Shown: piece by piece, positions 42,337 to 49,621 of the stretch | Position numbering within the stretch: the stretch's first letter is position 1 | How the letters are laid out: each line of letters starts with the position of its first letter | Origin: a bacterium HR35 | GTDB lineage: Bacteria > Patescibacteriota > Minisyncoccia > UBA6257 > HR35 | NCBI GenBank assembly: GCA_002898235.1 | Contig: BEIL01000001.1 | Location: 16,034-80,033 of the forward strand | DNA length: 64,000 nucleotides | Direction of reading: 5' to 3' | Notes under the pieces: generated by a model | The model's database searches: none | What the model saw: only the letters and a program-made list of their open reading frames with translations | Told to the model about the DNA's origin: nothing | Position numbers and translations under genes: made by a program

Positions 42337-45300
42337 AAAAAAATCATCCAAAATTATCTACTAGATTCTACTTACTATCTACTAGATTCTTAGTTTTATT
42401 ACTTTTAATTTCAATGTTCTTTTTCGGTTATCCTGTTATTTGGAAAAATCCAAGAATACCACCAAAGATTAAGGAAGCACAGGCGGCAATTAGTTTTATT
42501 GGAAGCGTTGAAGGATCAGCAGCAAACGGCGGCGATGTCACGCTTAGCCTTTCCGGTCTTGGACTCCAAGAAGGCGACCTCGTCATCGTGGCCTATGCCA
42601 TTGGAGATAATGATAACGTGAATTTCAACATGGCAATACTATCGCCAGCTGGTTATACCGAGGTTGCCGACTTACATTCCGATGATACACAAGATGTTGA
42701 TCTCGGTGTTTACTGGAAAGTTATGGGAGCCACACCAGACACATCTGTTACGGTAGATGGTTTAGGAGGAACTGATGCTTCAGTGGCAGCAGTGGCAATG
42801 GCTTTCCGGGGTGTTGATCCCGCAACTCCAATGGATGTGATTCCAACTACGGCAACTGGCATTAATACTATGCATCCCAATCCCCCAGCAATAGACTATG
42901 TAAGCACCGGTGTCTGGACAGTTATTGCGGGAGCAAGTGGGCATGCGCTTAATTTAGCTAATACTAACAATCCCTATACTTTCCCATCAGGATATACAAC
43001 AGATAATGTTCAACGACCTGAAAATGATACAAGCGATGTGACAGTTGGATTGGGATACAGAACAAATCCCGCTGATCCCGAGGATCCTGGCGTTATGACA
43101 CACAGCGGAACTGACAGCACAAGTTACTCGTGGGCTGCAGTTACAATTGCTTTAAGACCCAAACCACCTTCTACTTTTAATCAATCAGCTTATAGATTTT
43201 TTAATAATCTTGATTCAACTGATGTTGGTTCTCCTTTAGCCAATCAAAATACTCCAGCAAGCTTAACTTCAGCTGGTCAAGCATTTAGATTGAGATTACT
43301 TATTCATGTAGGAACATCAAATCTGTTGGAAAATGAACAAAGTTTCAAACTTCAATTTGGTACCTCTACTGGTTCATCTTGTACTTCTTCACCACCTGCT
43401 TCTTGGGCTGATGTTACAACTTCAACACCAATAGCTTTTAATGACAACCCAACACCAGCTGATGGTGCTACTTTAACTGCTAATACTAATGACCCAACTC
43501 ATGGAGCTGATATTATTGTCAATCAAACCTATGAAGAATTAAATAATTTTACAAACTCTGTCTCTTCAATTAACGCTGGCGAAGATGGTAAATGGGACTT
43601 TTCATTAAAAGATAATGGTGCTCCAGCTGGTACTACTTATTGTTTAAGAGTTGTAAAAGCTGATGGAACTTTATTAGATACTTATTCAGTTATTCCTCAA
43701 ATTACAACCGCCGCAGCTCCAATTTTATCAGCTTATAGATTTTTTAATAATTTAGATTCAACTGATGTTGGTTCTCCTTTAGCTAATCAAGATACAGCTG
43801 CAACTTTAACTTCAGCTGGTCAAGCTTTTAGATTAAGACTTTTACTTCATTTACCCTCGGGTTTAAATTTCAATTCTCCCACTTCTTCAAATAATTTAAT
43901 AGAATCTGGATTAATTCCAGCTGGCTCTGGTGGTGGTAGAATTAGAATAGCTGCGCCTACTCCCAATAGATTATACTTGGTTTATTATGATATGACTAAT
44001 CTAGATTTAAGATTCTGTCGAAGTACTAATGGTGGAGTGAGTTGGAGTTGTAATGCAATTGAATCGACTGGTGATGTAGGCGTAACTCCGGATATTTATG
44101 CTCTTGATGAAAACAATATATTTATTACTCATAGAGATGCAACAAATGGTAATTTAAGATTTTGTAAAAGTAGTAATGGTGGTTTAAATTTTTCTTGTTC
44201 TATTCTTGAAGCTGGTTGGCAGGGGTTTGATTCTTCTATTAAAGCTATTTCAACTTCAACAATTTTTGTTTCTTACGCTCCAGCTCCAGCAAATTTTAGC
44301 TATTCAATTTTGAGATTTTGCCGAACAACTGATGGTGGTAACACCTGGAATTGCTCAGATGTTGAAGGAAATACAACAACTCAATATGGTTGGTATTCAT
44401 CTTTAGATGCAGTTGATTCTAATAATATTTATATTGCCCACTATGATGGGATCAATTTAGATTTAAGATTTTGTCGGACTTCAAACGGTGGAACAACTTG
44501 GAATTGTGGTGTAATTGAAACTACAGGTGATATAGGAAGAAAACCATCTATAAAAGCTTTTAACAATAATTATATTTATATAGCACATCGAGACGAAACA
44601 AATAATCAATTAAGATTTTGTCGAACTACAGATGGAGGAACTAGTTGGAATTGTAATGCAATAGAAATCGGAGGTTTTTCTTCTTCTTTAAAAATAGTTG
44701 ATAAAGATGTAGTTTATATAGCCCATTTTGATTTTACAAATGCTTCTATAAGACTTTGTAATACTAATAATGGTGGACAAACTTGGAGCTGTTCTACAAT
44801 TGCTAATGCTCCCCCTACTCTTACTTCTGGTGAAAATTTAAGTCTTTCTTTAGATTTACTTGATCCTTATATGATTTATGTAGCTTATGGTTTTACTACT
44901 GATTCTTCTAATGAGGTAAGATTGTATAAATATACAGGGAATGATTTTTTTAAACTTCAATATTCAGTTATGTCTGGAACTTGTGATACTTCATTTTCTG
45001 GTGAAGTTTATAATGATGTAGGTTTCGATACCCCTATTGCTTTTTATAATAATAACACTACAAGTGATGCCTCGACTCCAACTACTAACACCAATGATCC
45101 AACTCATGGTACTGATACAATTGTTTATCAAACTTATAAAGAAAAAAAATTTTTTACAAATAGAACGAACATTTTTTCGGGAAGTGATGGTTTATGGGAT
45201 TTTGTTTTGAGAGATAATAACGCTCCTTCAAATACAACTTATTGTTTAAGAGTTGTAAAAGCAGATGGAAGCTTACTTCAGGGTTACAATGTTATCCCTC

Positions 45301-45797
45301 AAATTACAACTGCAGCAGCTGCACCGATTACTTGTACTTTTTCAGCAACTTCAACTTCATTTTCAAGTTTATCTCCTTCAGCTGTTTCAACTTCTTCTCC
45401 TGATATAACTATTACTGTTACTTCTTCAGCTGGTTTTATAATTTCTGTAAATGATGCAGGTAATGGAACTAACCCAGGTCTTTATAAATCAACCTCGCCA
45501 ACATATCTAATTCCTTCTCCAAATTCTTCTTATACAGCAACTGCTACTTTAGTGGCTGGGGTAGATGGTTATGGAATTCAAGCAACAACTACAAATTCAA
45601 ATATAAGTATTAATCCAAGATACAATGTTAGTGGAGATACTGTTGGAGGACTAACTACAACAACTATTACTTTGGCAAGTTCTTCAGTTGCTGTTTCTTC
45701 GGCTCAAATTACAATTAAACATAAAGCAGCAGTTTCAAGTTTAGCACCAACAGGCAATTATCAAGATACAATAACATATAGCTGTACAAGTCCATAG
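42333..45797 (+). CDS. Large modular secreted adhesin-like protein with an Asp-box propeller and a C-terminal pilin/WxL-like domain
   Basis: Signal peptide; duplicated SAYRFFNNLDSTDVGSPLANQ..YCLRVVKADG domain; six C-x-(S/T/N)-x-(N/D)GG-x-x-(W/F)-x-C Asp boxes; C-terminal ~155 aa homologous to 45958-46593. Confidence 0.8.
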   Translation: MKKNHPKLSTRFYLLSTRFLVLLLLISMFFFGYPVIWKNPRIPPKIKEAQAAISFIGSVEGSAANGGDVTLSLSGLGLQEGDLVIVAYAIGDNDNVNFNMAILSPAGYTEVADLHSDDTQDVDLGVYWKVMGATPDTSVTVDGLGGTDASVAAVAMAFRGVDPATPMDVIPTTATGINTMHPNPPAIDYVSTGVWTVIAGASGHALNLANTNNPYTFPSGYTTDNVQRPENDTSDVTVGLGYRTNPADPEDPGVMTHSGTDSTSYSWAAVTIALRPKPPSTFNQSAYRFFNNLDSTDVGSPLANQNTPASLTSAGQAFRLRLLIHVGTSNLLENEQSFKLQFGTSTGSSCTSSPPASWADVTTSTPIAFNDNPTPADGATLTANTNDPTHGADIIVNQTYEELNNFTNSVSSINAGEDGKWDFSLKDNGAPAGTTYCLRVVKADGTLLDTYSVIPQITTAAAPILSAYRFFNNLDSTDVGSPLANQDTAATLTSAGQAFRLRLLLHLPSGLNFNSPTSSNNLIESGLIPAGSGGGRIRIAAPTPNRLYLVYYDMTNLDLRFCRSTNGGVSWSCNAIESTGDVGVTPDIYALDENNIFITHRDATNGNLRFCKSSNGGLNFSCSILEAGWQGFDSSIKAISTSTIFVSYAPAPANFSYSILRFCRTTDGGNTWNCSDVEGNTTTQYGWYSSLDAVDSNNIYIAHYDGINLDLRFCRTSNGGTTWNCGVIETTGDIGRKPSIKAFNNNYIYIAHRDETNNQLRFCRTTDGGTSWNCNAIEIGGFSSSLKIVDKDVVYIAHFDFTNASIRLCNTNNGGQTWSCSTIANAPPTLTSGENLSLSLDLLDPYMIYVAYGFTTDSSNEVRLYKYTGNDFFKLQYSVMSGTCDTSFSGEVYNDVGFDTPIAFYNNNTTSDASTPTTNTNDPTHGTDTIVYQTYKEKKFFTNRTNIFSGSDGLWDFVLRDNNAPSNTTYCLRVVKADGSLLQGYNVIPQITTAAAAPITCTFSATSTSFSSLSPSAVSTSSPDITITVTSSAGFIISVNDAGNGTNPGLYKSTSPTYLIPSPNSSYTATATLVAGVDGYGIQATTTNSNISINPRYNVSGDTVGGLTTTTITLASSSVAVSSAQITIKHKAAVSSLAPTGNYQDTITYSCTSP
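42355..42391 (-). repeat. Inverted heptamer array downstream of the four-helix-bundle gene, inside the next gene's signal peptide
   Basis: TCTACTA GATTCTA CTTACTA TCTACTA GATTCTT (reverse complements TAGTAGA/TAGAATC/TAGTAAG); encodes LSTRFYL LSTRF. Confidence 0.8.
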
Positions 45798-45836
45798 TTA
45801 GTAGCTAGTAATTAGTAATTAGTAACTAATAGTAAT
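45795..45836 (+). repeat. Heptamer array starting at the adhesin stop codon
   Basis: TAGT TAGTAGC TAGTAAT TAGTAAT TAGTAAC TAATAGT. Confidence 0.85.
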
Positions 45837-45853
45837 GCAATAAAAAAATTTTT

Positions 45854-45873
45854 TTGACAAAATATGATATAAT
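45854..45873 (+). promoter_or_regulatory. Candidate strong promoter for the small pilin-like gene
   Basis: Perfect extended -10 TGaTATAAT at 45865-45873; TTGACA at 45854-45859 could instead pair with TAAAAT at 45879-45884. Confidence 0.55.
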
Positions 45874-45891
45874 TTTAGTAAAATAAGCTCG

Positions 45892-45923
45892 CCCTGTAGT
45901 GAAACGAATTTTCTACTACAGGG
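45892..45923. other. Hairpin in the 5' leader of the pilin-like gene
   Basis: CCCTGTAGT-GAAA-cgaat-TTTC-t-ACTACAGGG. Confidence 0.75.
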
Positions 45924-45957
45924 GTAGAAGGGTCGAAAATTAAATAAAAAAAATCAA

Positions 45958-46593
45958 ATGGAAAAGGAAAATCAAACACAAAATTTAATTCTTTTGATAG
46001 GCATATTTTTAACTATTTATTTTGTTTATGAACTTTTTATTCTACCATCAGGACTTTTAAGAGCACAAACTAATGTGACGGTTACAGCAACCGTAACAAC
46101 AACTGTAACTTGTAATCCTGCAACAACTACTACTAATTTTGGCACTATTGATGCAAGTGCTGTTTATACTTCTTCTCCTAATGTAATTACCACTGTTTCT
46201 TGTAATCCTGCAGCAGGATGTAATGTTACTATTAGGGATCAAGGTTCAGGAACTCAACCAGGTTTATGGAATTCAACAGCTTCTTATCTAATTCCTTCAC
46301 CAAATGCTTCTTTTTCAGCAACAGCAACTTTAGTAGCTGGAACAGAAGGTTATGGAATTCAAGCAACAACAACTTCAGCTGGCTCAGGAGGAACTCTTTC
46401 TTTAAATTCAAGATATGTTCAAACAGGAAATACTGTCGGAGGATTGACAACAACCACAATTCAATTAGCTTCTTCAACCGAGCCAGTAGCAAATAGAGAA
46501 ATTGTTGTTACTCATAAAGTAGCAATCTCAGGTTTAACCAGAGCAGGTAATTATCAAGACATAATTACATATAGCTGTGCAAGTAATTTTTAG
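45958..46593 (+). CDS. Small secreted pilin/WxL/SCPU-like subunit
   Basis: Signal peptide, N-terminal NVTVTATV strand, C..NFG, C-terminal AGNYQDIITYSC. Confidence 0.7.
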   Translation: MEKENQTQNLILLIGIFLTIYFVYELFILPSGLLRAQTNVTVTATVTTTVTCNPATTTTNFGTIDASAVYTSSPNVITTVSCNPAAGCNVTIRDQGSGTQPGLWNSTASYLIPSPNASFSATATLVAGTEGYGIQATTTSAGSGGTLSLNSRYVQTGNTVGGLTTTTIQLASSTEPVANREIVVTHKVAISGLTRAGNYQDIITYSCASNF

Positions 46594-46625
46594 TATCTAG
46601 TAGTTAGAATTTAGTAAATAGCAAT
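46591..46625 (+). repeat. Heptamer array starting at the pilin-like gene stop codon
   Basis: TAGTATC TAGTAGT TAGAATT TAGTAAA TAGCAAT. Confidence 0.85.
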
Positions 46626-46655
46626 GAATCAAAAAAGTAAAGAAAAAAATTAAAA

Positions 46656-47534
46656 ATGAAAAAATATCTCTTATTTATTTTTTTACTAGCTTCTATTTTA
46701 TATTTACTAGTTACTAATTCTGTTTTTGCTTTAACTGTTGGACCTGCTAAATTAGAATTTACAACTGATCCGGGGCAAGTTTTAGAATTTAGTTTGTTTG
46801 TTAGAAATGATAGTGATTATGATTCTAAGTATCAAATTATTGTTGAAGGGTTTACTGAAGAAAATGGAGAAAGAAAATATATTACCAATCCGCCTGAAGC
46901 AAGTTGGGTTGAAGCACCAAAGGATATTTTTATTAAAGCCAAAGAAGATACAAATGTTCCTATAAAAATTAATGTTCCTAAAGATGCTCCGCCAGGAGGT
47001 CATTTTTTAGTTTTATGGGTAAGCACTAAACCTGAGGGAGGTCAGGTTGCAATTGTTACCAGAGTTGGAGCTTTAGTTTTTATTAATGTTTCAGGAAAGG
47101 CTATTTATAAGGCTTATATTAGTGAGCTAAAAGCACCAAAAATTGCTTTTGATTTTCCAGTAAAATTTTCTTATGTAATCAAAAATGAAGGCAACACCTA
47201 TATAACACCTAAAGGCAATATTGAAATTAAAAATATTTTCGGAAGATTAATTGCTGATTTGCCTATAAATCCAAGGGAATTACAGCTTTTACCCAATACC
47301 TCAAAAAATTTTGAACAAGAATGGAAAGCACCGTTTGCTTTTGGAATTTATAAAGCTATTTTTAATTTAGAATATGCCAATTCAAGAAACTCTTTGAATT
47401 ATTGGTTTGTTTTTATTCATCTTAAAGCATTAATTATTTTGATGATTATCTTTGTTTTTGTTGTTTTTGTTTTACCAAGATTAATTAAAAAATATAATGA
47501 ATGGGTAATTAAAAGATATATGCAAAATAAATGA
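46656..47534 (+). CDS. Membrane-anchored DUF916/PapD-chaperone-like two-Ig-domain protein
   Basis: Signal peptide; LTVGPAKLE..DPG..VRND, INVPKDAPPGGH, IKNEGNTYITPKG..NIFG; C-terminal TM. Confidence 0.7.
   Translation: MKKYLLFIFLLASILYLLVTNSVFALTVGPAKLEFTTDPGQVLEFSLFVRNDSDYDSKYQIIVEGFTEENGERKYITNPPEASWVEAPKDIFIKAKEDTNVPIKINVPKDAPPGGHFLVLWVSTKPEGGQVAIVTRVGALVFINVSGKAIYKAYISELKAPKIAFDFPVKFSYVIKNEGNTYITPKGNIEIKNIFGRLIADLPINPRELQLLPNTSKNFEQEWKAPFAFGIYKAIFNLEYANSRNSLNYWFVFIHLKALIILMIIFVFVVFVLPRLIKKYNEWVIKRYMQNK
46682..46716 (-). repeat. Inverted heptamer array inside a signal peptide
   Basis: TTTACTA GCTTCTA TTTTATA TTTACTA GTTACTA; encodes LLASILYLLVT. Confidence 0.65.
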
Positions 47535-48581
47535 ATGAATTTAAAAAATTTTTTCAATGTTGTTTTAATAATTTTCTTCTCGTTTTTATTACTTTATGCT
47601 TTTAATTATTTAAAATCTGCAGGTGTAACTATTAAAGCTTTTGTGCCTGGAGTTTGTGGCAATAATCTTAAAGAACCAGGAGAAGAATGTGATGGTCCTG
47701 ATTTAGGAGGTCAAAGCTGCGTTTCTTTAGGTTATTCAGGAGGAACTTTGTCTTGTAATTCTAATTGTACTTTTAATGCTTCACAATGCACTATCTCCCC
47801 GCCAAGTGGAGGAGGCGGAGGCGGTGGAGCATATATACCTCCTTATGGAACAGTTATTCTTTCAGGAAGAGCCCAACCAAATTCTGATGTTACTTTAATT
47901 TCAGATGGCCAAATAAGAACAATTATCAAAGCTGATACTGATGGAAAATTTAAATTTACTCTTTCCAACCTAACCCCAGGCAATTATATTTTTACTTTAT
48001 ATGCTGAAGATACTGAGGGAAGAAGGACAAGCTTACATTCAGTTCCAGCAGTAGTTACCGCAGGTCTTACAATTGAAATAGGTAATATTTTTCTTTCACC
48101 AACAATTGATATTGATAAAATACAAGTTAAGCGTGGAGATATTTTAAGAATTTTTGGTCAAACAGCTCCTGATTCTAATGTTTTGATTGTTGTTTCTTCT
48201 GAAGAAGAATTATATTTTCAAACTCAAGCAGAAAAAGATGGAAGTTATTTATATGCCTTAGATACTACAATTTTAGATTATGGCCAGCATTTTACAAAAT
48301 CAAGATCAATTTTAGCCAATCAATTAGTTAGTTCTTTTTCAAAAGCTTTAGCATTTCAGGTTTCAACAACTTCGGTAGTTAAAAAACCAACAAAATGTCC
48401 ATTAAAAGGTGATTTAAACAATGATTGCAGAGTAAATTTGATTGATTTTTCAATTGCTGCTTATTGGTATAAAAGAAAATTAAGTCCAAATTTTGCTAAA
48501 ATTGAAAAAGAGAAATTAAACGGAGATGGAAAGGTCGATTTGGTTGATTTTAGTATTATGGCGTATTGGTGGACGGGATAA
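47535..48581 (+). CDS. Secreted protein: Cys-rich module, Gly linker, Ig-like domains and a C-terminal dockerin-like domain
   Basis: CGNNLKEPGEECDG; SGGGGGGG; duplicated GDLNNDCRVNLIDFSI / LNGDGKVDLVDFSI Ca-binding loops. Confidence 0.8.
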   Translation: MNLKNFFNVVLIIFFSFLLLYAFNYLKSAGVTIKAFVPGVCGNNLKEPGEECDGPDLGGQSCVSLGYSGGTLSCNSNCTFNASQCTISPPSGGGGGGGAYIPPYGTVILSGRAQPNSDVTLISDGQIRTIIKADTDGKFKFTLSNLTPGNYIFTLYAEDTEGRRTSLHSVPAVVTAGLTIEIGNIFLSPTIDIDKIQVKRGDILRIFGQTAPDSNVLIVVSSEEELYFQTQAEKDGSYLYALDTTILDYGQHFTKSRSILANQLVSSFSKALAFQVSTTSVVKKPTKCPLKGDLNNDCRVNLIDFSIAAYWYKRKLSPNFAKIEKEKLNGDGKVDLVDFSIMAYWWTG

Positions 48582-48610
48582 TAGATGTTTCGCGAGTTGG
48601 CTTTTATATA

Positions 48611-48767
48611 TCGCACACACGCCTATGAGCACCGGCACTCAACTTCCTCCAGCGGCAAGTTGGTGCCTCGTGGTCTCGGCTCAAAAACTTTGCCATCTGC
48701 TGAAAGCAGACTGGCAAAGACCAAGCTTTTTAAGCCTCCGACACGTGCTCTACGGCGTGGTGCTCGA
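48611..48767. ncRNA. Uncharacterised GC-rich, multi-stem structured element (RNA or ssDNA)
   Basis: About 56% GC; nested stems CACGCC/GGCGTG, GAGCAC/GTGCTC, GGCAC-CAACTT/AAGTTG-GTGCC, CTTTGCCA/TGGCAAAG, TCTGC/GCAGA. Confidence 0.6.
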
Positions 48768-48773
48768 CAAAAT

Positions 48774-48793
48774 GTCTGCGTCAGTCTGCGTTT
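48774..48793 (-). repeat. Decamer-family pair, inverted orientation
   Basis: GTCTGCGTCA GTCTGCGTTT is the reverse complement of AAACGCAGAC TGACGCAGAC. Confidence 0.75.
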
Positions 48794-48802
48794 TATACAA
48801 AA

Positions 48803-49621
48803 ATGGCAAAAATTTATTTACAAATAGATAAGGAAGTGAATACTAATTATTTCACAGTTCCTATTTATCTTGACACCGAAGGTGAATCAGTTAATGCTTT
48901 TGAAGTGAAGATAAAAACATCTAACAATTTGATTTTTAGAGATTATTTAGAAAAAGATTCAATTATTAGTTATTGGATTGAAAAACCTTCAATTAAAGAA
49001 AATATTTTGTCATTTTCAGGAATTACTCCAGGTGGTTATATTGGTAAAAAGGGTTTGTTGGTAAATTTAATTTTTGAAGCTAAACAAAACGGACAAGCTT
49101 TTATTGAAATTTTACCTTCATCACAAATTTTACTAAACGATGGTTTAGGAACTAAGGCAGGATTAAAAACAGATAGATATGAATTTTTGTTAAATATTAC
49201 TCAAACTCAAAAAATAAGCATTGAAGACCGTTATCCTCCAGAACCATTTAAAATTTATCCTCAAAGAAATAAGGAAATTTTTAACAATAAGTATTACATT
49301 ATTTTTGAGGCTAAAGATAAACAATCAGGTATAGCTTATTATGAAGCTGCTGAAGTTCCTATCTGTATAAATCTAGGTTTAACCTGCGAAAATCCTCGTT
49401 TTGAAAAAGTCTCATCTCCATATCTTTTAAAAGATCAATCTTTAAGAAGCTATATTTATGTTAAAGCAGTTGATCGAGCAGGAAATGAAAGAATTGAAAT
49501 TTTAAAACCACAAAGATTGTTTTTAGCTGAAGAAATTTTGTTTTTCTTTATTTTTAGTAGTTTGTTTATTTTAGGAATCATTTTTTATAATAAAATTAAA
49601 TGGCATTTAAGAATAAAATAA
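48803..49621 (+). CDS. Cohesin-like domain protein with a C-terminal TM (no signal peptide visible)
   Basis: LDTEGESVNAFE..IISYWIEKP..FSGITPGG..LLNDGLGT; DKQSGIAYYE..VKAVDRAGN; paralogous to the N-terminus of 49600-51303. Confidence 0.7.
   Translation: MAKIYLQIDKEVNTNYFTVPIYLDTEGESVNAFEVKIKTSNNLIFRDYLEKDSIISYWIEKPSIKENILSFSGITPGGYIGKKGLLVNLIFEAKQNGQAFIEILPSSQILLNDGLGTKAGLKTDRYEFLLNITQTQKISIEDRYPPEPFKIYPQRNKEIFNNKYYIIFEAKDKQSGIAYYEAAEVPICINLGLTCENPRFEKVSSPYLLKDQSLRSYIYVKAVDRAGNERIEILKPQRLFLAEEILFFFIFSSLFILGIIFYNKIKWHLRIK
49361..49400 (-). repeat. Degenerate in-frame decamer-family insertion
   Basis: ATCTGTATAA ATCTAGGTTTA ACCTGCGAAA ATCCTCGTT; encodes ICINLGLTCENPR. Confidence 0.55.

Noticed and set aside
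48526-48831. ORFs 48526-48831 and 48585-48827 as proteins
   Set aside because: Atypical composition, and both run through the GC-rich structured element, which explains the lack of stop codons
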